From Isurus oxyrinchus (taxonomy: Eukaryota): a stretch of DNA of 64,000 bases. The DNA is taken from contig JANJGN010000007.1 in the NCBI GenBank assembly GCA_026770705.1, forward strand, positions 153,574,001-153,638,000. Reading direction: 5' to 3'. This document shows, in pieces, positions 25,095 to 39,495 of the stretch. The translations under genes and the position numbers were made by a program. Positions within the stretch are counted from its first letter, which is position 1; each line of letters opens with the position of its first letter. Under the pieces are notes generated by a model. It was not told where the DNA came from and did no database searches. It worked only from the letters and a program-made list of their open reading frames with translations.

Positions 25095-26560
25095 AGTCCT
25101 CCAAATAAAAGGGCTGGCTATGGGTACCGGCAGGGGCTCCAGTTATGCCCGTCTTTTTCTGGGGAATGTGGAGAATTCCTTGTTCCAGTGCTTCTCGGTC
25201 CCCCTCCCACAACTCTTTTTCCAGTACCTCGATGCTGTATTGGTGCTGCTTTGTGCTCTCATCTGAACCTGGAAAAATGCATCAATTTTGTTTCCAACTT
25301 CCAGCCCTCTCTCATCTTCACATGGTCCATCTCCAACACATCCCTTCCCTTGACTTCTTTGTCTCCATTTCTGGTGATAGACTGTCGACCAAAATTCACT
25401 ACAAGCCCACCAACTCCCACAGCTACCCCAACTACTTTTCCATACACCCAGCTTCCTGTAAGGATTCCATCCCATTCTCCCAGTTTCTCAGTCTCCGTCA
25501 CATCTGTTTCAATAATGCTATCTTACACAATGGCACTTCTGACGTCTTCCTTTTTCCTGAGTCCTGGTTCCCCCCACAATGTGGTTGTCCGGGCCCTCAA
25601 CCATGTCTCACCCATTTTCTGCACTTCTGCCCTCACCCTTCTCCTCCTTTCCAGAAGGATAGGGTTCCTCCTGTCCTCACTTTCAACTTCTGTATTCAAA
25701 GGATCATCCTCCGCCATTTCCGTCACTCTAGCATGATGTCACTACCAAACACTTCTTCCCATCACCTCCCTTTTCAGCATTCCAAAGGGACCTTTCCCTC
25801 TGTGACACCCTGGTCTACTCCTCTATCATCTCCAACATCTCATCCTCTTCCCATACAATCACAGAAGGTGTAACACCTGCCTCTTTACTTCTTCTCTCCT
25901 CACCGTAGAAGGTCCCAAACACTCCTTCCAGGTAAAGCAGCAATTCACTTGTACTTATTTCAATTTAGTCCACTGCCTTCACTGCTCACAACGCAGTCTC
26001 CTCTACATTGTGGAGACTAAACGCAGACTGTCACTTGCCATTTCAATTCATCATCTTGCTCTCATGCTCATATTTGTCCTCGGCCTGTTACACTGTTCGA
26101 GAGAAGCCCAACGCAAATCGGAGGAACAACATCACCTTCCGATTAGGCACTTCATAGCTTTCTGAACTTAACATTGAGTTCAACAACTTCAGACCATGAA
26201 CTTTGTCCTCATTTTCATTTTATCCCCCCCAGCCTAACCCTCAAAGGACAGTCTGTAACTTGTTCTCATGTTTTTGCTTTCAGAAAGTGCTGACCCTTGT
26301 TCTGCTATTAACACATTCTGCTATCTGACTTTTATGCCACTATTAGCACCTGCCTTTGGTTTTAATACGATCATTACCACTCCTTATATCTTGTGTCCAT
26401 GACATCTTTTGTCATTCAAATCTCGAGAAAAAATGGCTCTGAAGAGTCACATGGGCTTGAAACATTCACTCTGTTTCTCTCCCCCCAGATGCTGCCAGAC
26501 CTGAGATTTTCCTGCATTTCCTATTTTTATTTTAGATTTCCAGCATCCAGTTTTTTCTTT
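25095..26560 (+). mobile_element. Penelope-like element, 5'-truncated (RT C-terminus, GIY-YIG, tail)
   Basis: LQIKGLAMGT..., INFVSNFQPSLIFTWSIS, ISGDRLSTKIHYKPTNSHSY, SIPFSQFLSLRHIC; tail with ctgaaga...gaaac and ccagatgctgccagacc. Confidence 0.9.
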
Positions 26561-26589
26561 CGATTTCTACTAATGTTGTTTCCACAGCT

Positions 26590-26905
26590 CAGTCTATTTT
26601 CTAACACTAGAGTGCAGCATTACAGGAGTGCTGCATTGTCAGAGGTGTAGAGTTTCAGATCTCACATTAAACCAAGGACCCATCTAGCTATTTGTATGGA
26701 CATAAAATATCCTGAGGCACCACTGAAAGAACACGTAGTCCCACTATCGTAGTCAAAAACTCTATTTTCAACACCAGCACCAAAAATCAGATTAACTAGT
26801 CACGTATCTCGTTTTTGTTTGTAGGTACTTGCTGTGCACAAATTGACTGCCAGATTTATCTATATGACAGGAACTAAAAATAATTGGCTGTGAAGCACTT
26901 TGTGC
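26590..26905 (+). mobile_element. Deu-domain SINE fragment
   Basis: ggagtgctgcattgtcagaggtg...cttgctgtgcacaaattgactgcc...ggctgtgaagcacttt. Confidence 0.7.
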
Positions 26906-28509
26906 CAATACAGAACCACAATCAAACAGAAATAATATCAATGTTTGACACTTGTGCTGAATAATGTCTTTAGGCTTTGGAGATTTCTCTCCAGCAAGAA
27001 GCTTTAAGTGTGAAAAAAATTATTGGTTCTGTTGTGAAGATTAGTATGCTTGATAGGAAGTGTGTACACACTTATTTTTTATTTATTAAGGTTCCACATA
27101 AAGCAATACTGCAGTTTTTTTGGGGGGCTCCAGATCAAGCAGTTAATGAAAAGATTGCTTTGACAACTATGGGCTTAAAAGTGTATTGAAAAATGGAAGT
27201 TCTTTCAAAGGCAACTACTTAAACTGAATTCCCCTGGATTTCCAAGTCTGCATTCCAGCACCAACTCACAGGCACAACTCCAACTCTTCAGCTATGCTGA
27301 GCAAAACACCACTGCTCCAAGGGTTACCTTTTCATCAACAGCATGCAACATGGAGTCACCAACTTTCCACTGCCGTTTCAGCTCTCCAGGGCTTTTCCCA
27401 AGCGCTCACTACTTGGAGCCTGTCAACCATAGTACTTTCACTACTTTGCTCCTCTCCCCAGTGGTCTCCTCTCAATGGCTCCTTCCTCAGTCCCCTCTCT
27501 CCCCCTCTGTGGGACCTCTCCCTATCCCCTCTCCCAGGACTTCTGTGTTATGACACCACACCTTGGATCTTGTGATCGGGTTTTCAATCCTTTTACCCCC
27601 CCCAACGCAGGTGCCCTCGGCACTTGTCCCCAACCTGAAGATTTCAACATTGAACTGCATCTACACAGCCCATTCCAGATTTGCACATGCGCCAGCAACT
27701 CTTGTAATTCCTGACCTCCGCTAAGAAATCAGGTTGAAGTCCTATTTCATGACCCAGCAATACTGGCTGTAGTTAACTTTCAGGTTCAGACAAAGTATAG
27801 TACGTCAAAGTAGAAGGAAATGTTGCAAAAGATTAGGAAGAAAATTTGCCTCACTGCTCAAGGTGCATTTCGGAAAGGAAAAAATATCCCTTTAGACTTT
27901 CCAAGAGACAAAGTATCTGCTTGTATGTAGCTGAGAAATAATTTATTAGTGTAAATGCCAGAATACTTTAGTAGATCAACCATCTACAGGTCATCATAGT
28001 ACACATTTTTTGATGTGGCAATACCTGTGCATCAATGCAAATTACATAGTATTATTCAGCTTCAAAATCACCCAAACCACACTAAAGCAATAGATATTAG
28101 ACCACCTCTACAAAGTAACTTCACACTGCGTGAGTTTCTTACTACCCTGCATTCATTCTGAAGCCAAGTTTAAAGTTCCCAGGCTGTCCTTTGGAGCACC
28201 TGGTAGTTTTTAATTCTAGGGGAGAAACTGGATATACTCCTACCATTCAAATATAAGCAGCATTCAAAAGAAAGTGAGTGGAGCTTTGCACAAAAAGGAA
28301 CACCAGAGCCAACCAATTTTGAGTTATTCCAGACAAGTTAGTAACAGAAAACTCTTATTTTCTCTGGTATACCAACCAGATCTTTGGCTGCATTAGCTCC
28401 TCACTGCACACACAAAATATTATATTTTAGGATTCTGTTCTTAAACTTTTGGCCTAGAATATCCAGGAATATTTTAGAGTAACTAAATCGCAAGAGTCAG
28501 CCTTTTTTT

Positions 28510-29730
28510 TTACACAGGATCACAGAGAAACAAGTAATTCGGTCCAATCAGTCCATGCTGATGTTTATGCTCCACTCGGGGCTCCTTGCATCTTTCCTCA
28601 TCTAAATCTATCATTGTAACCCTCCATTTCCTTCTTTAAATGCTTGACTAGCTTCTTGTTAAATGTATCACTCTCGTGGTAGTGAGTTCATTATTTTCAC
28701 TTTGGGTGAAGAAGTTTCTTCTGAATTCCCTATTGGGTTTTTTGGTAACCATTATATTGATAATCTCTAGTTTTGCTTTTCCCCTACAAGAGGAAATATT
28801 CCTCTGTATCCACTCTATCAAAACCTTTCAAAATTTAAAATACTTCAATTAGGTCATCCTTCTGCCACCTTCTTTTCAGAGAAAGAAAGAGATCAACCTG
28901 TCAATCCTTTCCTGATATGTATACCCACGCATTTCTGGTATCATCTTTGTAAATCTCTGCACCCTCTCCATTAACTCTATATCCTTTTAATAACATGGCA
29001 ACCAGAACTGCAATCAGTACTCAAATAAGTGTGGTCTAACCAACATTTGATACAGGTCCAGCATAACTTGCCTACTTTTCAATTCTATCCTCTTTGTAAA
29101 AAAAAAAGCTGTGATTGGTTTACTTTTTTTCAAAATGGCCTTGCTAACCTGTGGCGCAACTTTTAATGATTGGTATATTTGTACTCAGAGATCCCTTTGT
29201 TCCTCTACCCTACCTAGGCTTGTACCTTCCATGTAATAAGTGACGTCCCTATTCTTCCTGCCAAAATGAATTACATCACATTTATTTATGTTGAACTTCA
29301 TTGGCCAATTATTTGCCCATTCTGCAAATTTATATGTTCTCCTGTAATTTGTTGCACTCCTTCTCAGTGCTGACTATCCGCCCCAATTTGGTGTCAAACA
29401 CAAATTTTAAAAATGAGTTTTTGATTCCAAGGTCCAAATCGTTAATGTAAATTGCGAACAGCAATGGTCCCTGCAATGAAACTTATGGAACAGCACTTCC
29501 CACTTTCTGCCACTCTGAATAGTTACCCTTTACTCCCACTCTTTGCTTTATGTGTTGAAGCCAGTTAGCAATCCATTCTGCCACTTATCCCCAACTCCAC
29601 ATCCTGACCTTATTCATTAGTCTATTATGGAGCATTTTAAAAAATGGAGATAAATTACATCCACTGCATTACCATTGTCTACTCCCTCGATTACCTTCTC
29701 AAAAAATTCAAAAATGTTGGTCAAGCCAGA
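28510..29730 (-). mobile_element. CR1 LINE 3' fragment (~1.2 kb)
   Basis: Antisense ORF2 hallmarks (ccagaactg...cagtactc...gtgtggtctaacc; ccccaatttggtgtca; acatccactgcattacc). Confidence 0.85.
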
Positions 29731-30754
29731 GAAAATTCATAGGCAACTGATTTACACCGATACAACCCAAAACATGGTTACGTTTGCATTTCCTCAAGTT
29801 ATGTTTGCCAAAACCCTCTGCCACATTTTTCCATAGTTTTACCTCCCATGCAAAAGGCCAGCTCATACATAGATTTACATCCAAAATTTTAGCACAGGAC
29901 AGCCCAAAGTCAACATAAAATTTATATAACTGAGAATTCTGGAGTTTGTGATTTTCTTCAAGTGCTGTCAGTCTCAGAGCACCTGGCTGCATTTGTCTTT
30001 CTACACCAGTTTTTACATTCGGACATAGGCTAATGAGCTCCCACAAGATATTTGGTCACAAGACCCTATTGGCAGGACTGTCCTAGAGACCAATGTAAGT
30101 TCAATTTGCTTGGTGTTGCTGTTAAACTGAGTTTTCTTTCTATTTGTGCTCCCAAAATTGTTTACACATTGTGCCATGTTTTCGAACAAAGAATAATTGC
30201 AAATGAGTATTTCTGGTTTCAAGGGAAAGTGAAATGAAATGATTCAAGTGGAAATCAAAGTGAAATTGTCGTTTCACTATCTGCTCAAATAAATTAAACC
30301 GCAAGGCCTAAAGACATTATTTATTTTAAAATGCGAAGATGCCAGCACACAATTTAATTCACACCTTTAATTATCTTTGGGGATCCAGCTGCTTTTTAGT
30401 TTATAAACTATACATGTTTAGATATCTCGGCAATTTTAGAATGCCCCATTACATTTAATGCCTACATTTCAAAATTACCTAAGGCAGCCCAATGTAACGA
30501 TTACAACAAATTTACCAGGAAATCTTTACAATTTGTTGACTCTGTAGATAAAATATGTAACAATTGGTTATTTCTTGCTTCAGAAAATGCTTGTTCAAGC
30601 AAATAGTTACTAGCATTGAGGAGTTGTTCTGTGTTCTTGTAATTCACTACAACCATCTGATCATGGAGACATTGGCAAACCTGTGCTTAGGCATGTAGAA
30701 AACCTAGGTTGTACTATGGGTTGGTTCTGTCAACCAGAGCATTCTGGTTGTGTT

Positions 30755-31135
30755 TGTTTCTTGATTCTTTCACGGGATGCGGGCATTGAGGGCAACGCCA
30801 GCATTTGTTGCTCATCCCTAACTGCCCTTGAACTGAGTGGCTGGCTTGACCATTTCTGAGGCCAGTTAAGAGTCAACTACATTACTGTGGATCTGGAGTC
30901 ACATGTAGGCCAGGCCGGGTAAGGATGACAGCTTTCTTTCCCTAAAGTGAACCAGATAGGTTTTATAACAATTGATGATAGCTGTCATGGGCACCATTAC
31001 TGAGACTAGCTTTCAATTCCAGATTTAATGATTGAATTCAAATTCCACCAGCTGCCATGGTGGGATTTGAACCCAGGCATTAGCCTGGGTCTCTGGATTA
31101 CTAGTGCAGTGACATTACCACTATAATAGAGTCTC
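30755..31135 (-). mobile_element. tRNA-derived SINE sharing its 3' tail with CR1 family B
   Basis: Antisense B box (gggatttgaaccc) and tail gggatgcgggcatt...gccagcatttgttgctcatcccta. Confidence 0.75.
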
Positions 31136-31204
31136 CCCATAATTAAAGCAATGGAATTATCAAAAAAGAGTAAACAGCTGTGTTGTAACCACGGCAAGTA
31201 CAGG

Positions 31205-31605
31205 TACGGTAGCATTGTGGTTATTTTACTGAACTACTAATCCAGATGTCTGGCCTAATAATGTAGAGAAGGGAGTACAAATTCCACCAAAGCAGCTGCA
31301 AAGTTTTAATTCAATTAATTAAATAAATCGGGAATAAAAAAACTAGTATCAGTAAAGGTAACCATGTAATTACTGGATTATTAAAAAATACATGTGGTTC
31401 ACTAACGTCCTTTAGTGAAGGAAATCTGCCATCCTTACCTGGTCTGGTCTACATGTGACTCCAGATCCACAGCAATGAATATGGTGGACCATAGCAAACC
31501 ACTTGGATGTATACAAGAAGGAAGCTCACCATTCCAAGATGAATTAGGGATGAGCAATAAAAGCTGGCCTTAACAGTGATGCCTACATCCCATGAATACA
31601 TAAAT
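31205..31605 (+). mobile_element. Second, inverted copy of the same SINE
   Basis: ggaaatctgccatccttacctggtctggtctacatgtgactccagatccacagcaatg...ttagggatgagcaataaa. Confidence 0.75.
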
Positions 31606-31699
31606 AAAGTGAAAATTTGCAAGCAATTACAAAAAGATAATCTATATGTAAACATATTATACTTGTGTTAATTGCAAATGTCACCATAAAAACTAAATA

Positions 31700-32070
31700 A
31701 GGTATATAAAAAAATACTTTTAATACTTGGGAGCATTTTCATTTCCAAGTAAAAAGATTGTGATGTCATGCCTTCCTGCAAGACTTGAGTGCATACACAG
31801 GATTCTACTAAAAGTGCAGTAATGAGGATATGCTGCCTTCTGGATAAGGCATTACAACAGGGCCTCATTCTGGCTGTTCAAGCATACATAAAAGATTTCA
31901 CTGCACAATTCATATAAAAGCAGGGAATTCTCCATATGTAATGGTCAACCTTTCTCCCTCAACTAATTTACTGTGTGCACAGACTATTTAAAAATATAAT
32001 TGGCTGTGAAGCACTTTGGGATATCCTGCGTATGTGAAAATATACCATGTAAATTCTAAGTTGTTGTTAT
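31700..32070 (+). mobile_element. Degenerate Deu-domain SINE
   Basis: gcagggaattctcc...ggctgtgaagcactttgggatatcctg tail. Confidence 0.55.
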
Positions 32071-33864
32071 TCCATGTCATTTAAAGGCAGCAGCTGCTGG
32101 GCTTGATCCAAAGTCCTCTTCAATGCCACTAAATTTGTAGAGTGCTGTTAAACTATAGAAGGTACATCAAAAATTAATTTAGCACCTTTACATTACCTTA
32201 AAATATTAGAGGTTAAAAAAAAGGCTGTTTGAAGAATCATGGTGGATTGTAAATAGTTGTTTCACCCAAAACAATTTCACCTAAGCAAGTAAAAATTGAA
32301 TAAGATTCTACAAACTCTATCACTATCCTCCATAACAATTGTCATTGCATTTCAAAAGTCAAAAATTGTGCAATGTGCTTTAAGACAATTCAAGATTTAA
32401 GGTTTCAGATGGATGTAAACATTATCAAATAATTTCTGGAAAAGGCATGCATGCATATATGAAATGTTAGCAGTACTGGGTTCATCGTGATACTATTGAC
32501 AGATGTAGTCAAGCCATGTTCATTATACCAAGACTCACATGAATAATGTCCACTTGAGGAAGTTACCTGGGATGCCATATCCTGCACAAATCAGTGCCTT
32601 CAGGAGAGGACAGCAAATAGGAGGAGTGGTTTGTAAGCCACCAAATGCAATAATACAACTTCAATATCATGTTATTTGCTTTTTCCCAACCATAAGCAAG
32701 TAGAATTTTCCTCTATCTTAAGTGCTAAGCCAACTGACATACAACTTCATGTTTGGAGCTCAACAATACCATAAGACTTGAATTTTTTAATATAAATGCA
32801 GATGTTTAGAAAATTAAAGTTATTCACATCCTACAAACATCATTCGCATTGTCACTCCAACTCTCAGATCAGTGAAATATTTAGAGAATGCAAAGACTGG
32901 ATGGCAGTTTGCCAGAGGCTATGCAAACATAAATAAATGCCACGGTTAGTATTATCTTAGAAAGGAATTATTCTTTGCTCACATAACAGTGCTTTTTGTT
33001 TGAAAACATTCCTTCATGATGTACAAACTCAGCAGTTATCCCCTTCCCCTCTCTCTCTCGTCCTCTCGCCTTCTAAAAACACCTAAAATGGAGCTCTCTC
33101 AAAGTACACTTAGACCAATCCAGCCAAAGGTCATTCAAAGGCAAACACAGAAAACGACCTACTGCTAACTGCTTGAGGAAACATTGAAACAGGCTGATAA
33201 CATCAGAATGCATGAACAGTGTACCAGGAATACTTCAAATTATGAGCTGAGAGAGAAATTTCTTAACTATTCATAAAAAATTCATATTAAACTATCCCAA
33301 CTCAGAAGTAATTTAGATTTTAACTGGCTTGCTTCATAATGGGGTTGAGTTTAATAAACCCAGTTGCAGCTGAGTTCACTGACGTAAATGGAGGCTAAAT
33401 AATTGTTTTTCCTCTAAAAAACAAATTTTCTGTGTGCCAAGTCTAACTAAATTTTTTTACATTAATTTGTCTTTTTTTTAAAAAAAAGTTCTTAGATTAA
33501 CTGTAATAAATAGAAAGCCATCAGTGACGTACACAGTACTGGTCAAAGTATTCTGAACAAAGTTGTTACCTCTCTTGCCACTGGTTGGATTGTTTGCAAC
33601 CAGGCTGCATTTCTCATCTCACATCCCCTCCATCATGAAGACTGCTTAGTTTCATCTCTATTCCTTCCTCAACCCATTTGCCATTGAAAACCTCACTGTC
33701 AATTTTAGATTTGATTTCTTCAATGTTCTGATTAGTATTCCATCTACCAACCACCATCATCTTCAGTTCATCCAACTTGGTTTCCTGTATCATATTACAC
33801 AACAATTCACGTATATACATCACCAAGGACAAATGTGATACATGTTCTCTTCCAATCCCACAAA

Positions 33865-34190
33865 ACACATATTTAACATTCTTATCCTGGTTTGTTAAAT
33901 TTCCCTCATAGCCTTATACCTCCTTATCTCTTAGCTGATCTATTGTGCATCCTCCATCTTCTTTGGTCCACCATTGGTGTCCATGTCTTCAGCTGACAAA
34001 GCTCTGGACTTCTTTCCCTAAACCTCCCTCTCCAAGTTGCTCCTTAAAATCTATCCGTTTGACTAAGCTTTTGATCACCCATCCTAATAGAATTTCATAC
34101 GGCTTAGTGTTGCTTTGTCTGTTAGGTTCTGTTGATTAACACTCCTGTGAAGCTCTATGGGATGTTTTATAAGTTAATTGCAGTCGTTGC
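33865..34190 (+). mobile_element. L2-like LINE 3' end
   Basis: ccaccattggtgtccatgtcttcagctg...ctccttaaaatctatccgtttgactaagctttt...actcctgtgaagc. Confidence 0.6.
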
Positions 34191-35027
34191 ATTACTTATA
34201 CAATGCTGTAGGCAGTGAGGGCAGTATAGGAGATATAAATATGATAGGGATAAAGATGTAGATGTAGATGTAGAGAAAGAGGTTAACATCAGAAACATAT
34301 GATGCAACAGGGATCTGGAAGGAGGAGAAGTTCCAACCTCATGCAATGCTCCCAATATGTAGATGGTAGCTGTAAATAAAAGAAAGAGTAATGATTTTAA
34401 CAAAGTACAGTCTCAAGTAGCTTACCTTGGGAGGATAGACAGGGCATGGGGTTTGGTTTGGGGCGGGGGGGGCAAAGAGTGCGAGGAAAGTGTGTCCAGG
34501 GGGAGGTCAGTTGTATAGTTGCCCAGAGTTAGACTGGGATTTTTCTGTTTAACACTTCCTGAGTAACGATCCAGGTAAATAAGTTGGAACTGTCTGAAAT
34601 GTCTGACTCTTACTCAGAGTTGCAGACTTTTTTGAAGGGTCCTAGGAAGCAGGGGAATTGCCCGTTGGAAATTCAAACTTTTCAGGTAATTTCCAGGAGT
34701 CTTCATGTTGAGACTTCAGAGGGGGTCCCACAATGCATCTTGGCAGATGGGGGTGGGGGAGCACATCCAGTCTCTGAATACCCGCAAGTCAGAAAATCTA
34801 GGCTCAGGTGTTAATTTTTTTCTATTAGTCTGCACTCTTTATGGCTTTAGCAATGCACTGCTACTTTTAGTGATTTACCTGTATTCCTAAATCTTTTTGC
34901 TACTTTACCAATTTAATATTTTACCTACCAAAGAACAAGTGGCCTTATTTTTCCCACCATCAACCAACTCCTATGTCCCACTGTTAAAGTTAATATTCCA
35001 TTAATGTTCACTTTGCAAGTCTATTTT

Positions 35028-36071
35028 TGTTATCATGAAAATGTGTTTTATTCCAAATAACAATTTTTAATCTATCTGGAAACCTAAATTGAACTTTTAA
35101 AAACAGAGATCTCTTTAAACACGGAGACTAAAGGTAACTTGAGTGCACAACCAAGATGGCTATCCTAATTTGCATTATTGTATATTCCAATCTCTTCAAA
35201 TGGAGGCAGCATGTCTGCAAAACCCAAAGACGATGACTTCAAGGAAACGTGAAGGACCCACATTTCTTGTCCCATTAACAAGGGATTAAGGCAATCACCT
35301 GAGGTATTCAACTGTTGGAGACAAACCAGTAAGCCTAATTACTTGAAGAATGAGGCCCTGGCAAGGGGAGCTTCCCAGACATGATCTAATCAAGTTACCT
35401 TTGAAATACACTGGCAATGACCTTATTTGGATCCCCTGGGCATCATGTGACAAGCCAGCCTTTTGTATGTTTAAGTACCCGTTTCTCTGCAAAACTGAGG
35501 ACAAGCAGCTGAGACAGAGAGAGAAGACCCAAGGGAGGTCCCTCTCATCTCTATCTCCAACCCTTGTTTGCTGACTGAGACCACCCAGAGTCATCCCTGT
35601 TGCAGCTAAAGACTAAAAAAAATTTAACCCAGCACTACCATCTCCAGAAGAATAACCAAATCAGCCATCTACATCTTTAAATTGGAAGTATCAAGATCAC
35701 TGAAGTAGTCACAGGACCTCAGAAATCGGCCTGAAGTCAGCCAATTCACCAAACCACAGACTATGTATTCCTTTTATTTTTTATGGACTCTAACTTGACC
35801 AACTTACACCTCCCACTCTGTAATCTTATTGCTGTGTGTGTGCACATTTATATTATTTTACTTAAATCTGTTTAATTATAATAAAGTTAACCCCTTTGTT
35901 AAATTCAAGAAAACCTATCCAATTGGTTATTTTATGATCACAGCACATAGCCAGTTAAGTACTCACCGAATCGGCAAGGGTATCCTTTTTAATCAAAAAA
36001 AAACTGCTGCAATCAAACAAGTAAAGGGAAAAGTAGAGAACCATTCAACCCCTCTTCACTTGATCATAACA
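35028..36071 (+). mobile_element. Probable solo LTR (~1.04 kb) inserted in an antisense CR1 remnant
   Basis: TGTTAT...ATAACA termini, internal AATAAA near 35880; no clean TSD. Confidence 0.55.
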
Positions 36072-36824
36072 ATGTCCTCCTGAATTATGATCCAGTCCTC
36101 CAATTATACTCTCCAACTTGGCACCATCTGCAAAATTTGACAACATATATCCAATTTCTGAGATCAAATGAAGAGCAGAAGCTGTAAACTAATTTGTTCC
36201 AAATTCCCACTCAGATCCACCATCTCTACAACCCTATTTTGTGACATGCAGGTTTAAAATGCAATGCCTGGAGAGGTGACACAGCAATGCAGCTTTCTGG
36301 AGTACTGTACTAAGGTATAGCAATACAAGAGTTCTAGTCTTTAGATTCAAACCAAATAATGGCAAACACAGTTCAGTTATTAATCTCATGTAAGAAAGCA
36401 CCTGAAGCAAGCAATATGGCCAAAGTTCTTTTGCATGGTACAGGCCTGGAGAATTTTCTATTCTAAATTAAAATGGTTTAAATGTGAATAAGAGAATCTT
36501 TCACTTTGGTCCAAATTTGAAAAACACAGCAGCCAGGGTGACAGTGCAGGTCACTTAATACAAAACGAAAATAGAATTGCAAGGGACTGAATGAGCAGAA
36601 AGCAGGTTTGCTGCACACAAGGTACGAGGAAGAAAATGAGCAGGTGGTACAGCGGTTAGAAGGATCATGTTGGTTGAGTGGTCAGGGATTTGTTTTTCAA
36701 CACATTTGTTTGGTCTGTTCACCACAATCAGTGCCAGAAACCCAAGGTGAAGTTGGTAGGAAACTGCCACAGCAAGTTTCGATTTTTAGAATGTCATTGA
36801 TCAATGATGATCAGATGAACAATG

Positions 36825-37110
36825 GCAATTAAGCAGTTACTGCCCATCCCTTCCTGCTCTGAAGACATGGAGGATCAAACTGGAGTCACATTTAAGCCAG
36901 GCCAGGTAGATGCGGCAGCTTCCATTCCTGAACGACAATCGTAAACCACTTGTAGTTTTACAATAATTCAGCAGCTTCAGGTCTTTTTTGAACTGGTGCT
37001 GGCAACAAACTGCCAAATTTATAATTTATTCAATTGAGTTTCACACCTTGCCACAGCAGAATTTGAGTTCATTGCTCATCCAATACCAGAATCACCAGTT
37101 CTACCGAATT
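36825..37110 (-). mobile_element. Degenerate copy of the tRNA-SINE seen at 30755
   Basis: ctggagtcacatttaagccaggccaggtagatgcggcagcttcc...gaatttgagttc. Confidence 0.55.
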
Positions 37111-38609
37111 GCTAGAGACACTACAATCATACAGTGATACATATTTATGAAGATCAAGCTCCAAAATGCAGATAAAAATAAAGAATGACAACCCCTAAAA
37201 CTTCTCAGTGATTGCAAATGAATGCTGTTAGTGTTCTTGAGCAGTTGCTTGAGTAAACATAAATCACGTGATTTTCTGCATGATTATACCATTCGTGATA
37301 CATGAGGTACAGCTTAAGACATTATTTAAGTTCCACTGCCTTTTGGCAAATTCATTGGGACTGTAGAAGAATGTATGTAAATTTTGCACTATTCAAAAGG
37401 AAGCTCAGTATTTCATAACCAAGAAAAGAATTATCAACAACCTCAAACTTGAGGATGAAAAAACTCGCTGCTCAGGGGTGGGAGAGGGGCGCAGGCACGG
37501 GGAGGGAGAGGTAGTGACTGAGTGTGGGTGTGTTTGTGCATCTGGCTCAGGCGCAGTATCAAGATTCCCACTCACCCTCACCCAACTACACCCACTCAAG
37601 GGATTGGGAGTAAGCCAGACAAACAGACTCTGTCCCACTCAACCTTATAGTGAACTTGATTCATTTTTTAATTATCAATTTATTCCTTTGACATTACTTT
37701 ATCTTTGCTCAGCAAGTTGTTTCTTTTCTTCATACCTGAACTTTATTTTTAAATTCATATTTAACATTGTGCCAAACTTCATCTTTCTGAAATTTGCTCA
37801 TCAGCCCCTTGAACGAGATGAAAACGGAACTGTGGCCACCCAACTGTAAAGGTTGCACAAGCCTGCTGTAGACTAATGTATGCACCTTTTTGACAAAATG
37901 CTACCTCCTCTGAGATTCCAAGCAATATTGCATAGCTGGATGAGCACCTGATGAAGTATAACATGGATTAGTTAACAATATACTATATTGATTTTAAAAT
38001 ACTGATTTAAATGCAGCAATTCCTTGGAGGAGGAGGAGGGATGAAATATTATCCTCTCACTTCCATTCCACTAAAAAAAGTGCATTAAAATAGAGCTCCC
38101 AAAATTGCAAATGATAACAACACTGACGTATACAAGAAAAGCCTTTGCTCATTCGAAAGCCATTTTTCTACAGGTGCTGTTTTAGGTCGGATTCCAGGAG
38201 ACCAATGTCTCTAAGCCAGCTACTGGCATTTATACTGGTTAGCCAACTCCATTGTCACAGCAACAAATTGCCAGGTGTAATTACTTGTGGGTTTATATAT
38301 TGCTGCTGGGACATGGGCGATGGTAGCTTAAACACAACTGCCCATCTCACAGCTACAAGTTTCCAACAAACCAAACCACAATATTGCGGGTATAAAAGCA
38401 GTATCACTTTTCCACACACCTTGTGAAAAACACTGGCTGTTCAATAGTTTGCTCTGAACCTCTGATTGAGAGGAGCTGCTGGTACAAACCATTGCCATTT
38501 TATACAGAATGTAGTGAACCATCAGTCACAATTAACCACCGGAGTCAGAACTGTTCAAGCATAAATATGATTTATACTTAAGCATTTGTAGCCAAGTAAA
38601 TTTCACCAT

Positions 38610-39226
38610 GGGCAGGATTTTTCGAATGGCAATGTTTCCTGCCCCACCACCTGAAAAGTCAACAGCAATGTATCCTTGCCGATACCGACTGCCCCAGAAC
38701 CAATTAAACATCAACGAGCTAGAGACAGGACATCTGCCCCTCACTCAGGAGTAAACTCTGCCTTAACGAGTCTGATTGGCCTGCACCTCAACACAAGTAG
38801 CAGCAGTGGCCAGTACAACAAGTCCTCCCCAAATTCAAAATCCAGGACCAGGGAAGTAGGTGTGGTGCCATGGCAGGGTGGGGCAGTGAGGCCTGGGGAG
38901 GTGGGGAGCAAGGAGTGGGGGTCTTGATAGAAAGGTCAGGGGAGAAGCAAACTCAGGGGACAGACCTTGTGCCCAATGTGGAAAGGAGGCCATTGCAGGA
39001 GGCACACCTTCCTCCATCCCATCCCATTCCATCCAAGGCCCAAGCAGGGTGAGCTGCCAGGCATACCCCCCGCACCTGAACTCCTCTCACCAGCTTCAAA
39101 ATTGATGCCAGGCATGAAATGGCCCTCGTGGTCATGAACTGCCCACTCAAATGCTTCAATTGGGTCATGGGCGGGCCAGTTGGCCAGCCTGGAAAACCAC
39201 AGGAGGGGGACCATAAAATTCTGCCA
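38610..39226. mobile_element. PIF/Harbinger-like MITE
   Basis: TIRs gggcaggatttt / aaaattctgcca, with cat on both flanks; GC-rich interior similar to 24086-24751. Confidence 0.55.
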
Positions 39227-39234
39227 CATATCTT

Positions 39235-39495
39235 TCACGTTGCATTTATATAGTGCCTTTCTGGACTATAGTACTACAGTTGCAGTGTAGCAATTGTTAT
39301 AATATTGGAAATGAAGTAGCCAATTTGCATAGACCAAGATCCCAAAAACAGTAATGTGATTATCAAATTGTCTATTTTAGTGCTGTTACGCGAGGGATAA
39401 ATATTGACTGGGATACCAGAGAACTCCCCTGCTCTTCTTCAGAATAGTGCGATGGAACCTTTTATACCTGCCTGAAGGGCCTTCAGTTCAATGGT
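39235..39495 (-). mobile_element. Deu-domain SINE fragment
   Basis: ttgcatttatatagtgcctt...gagggataaatattg...gaactcccctgctcttcttcagaatagtg. Confidence 0.75.
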
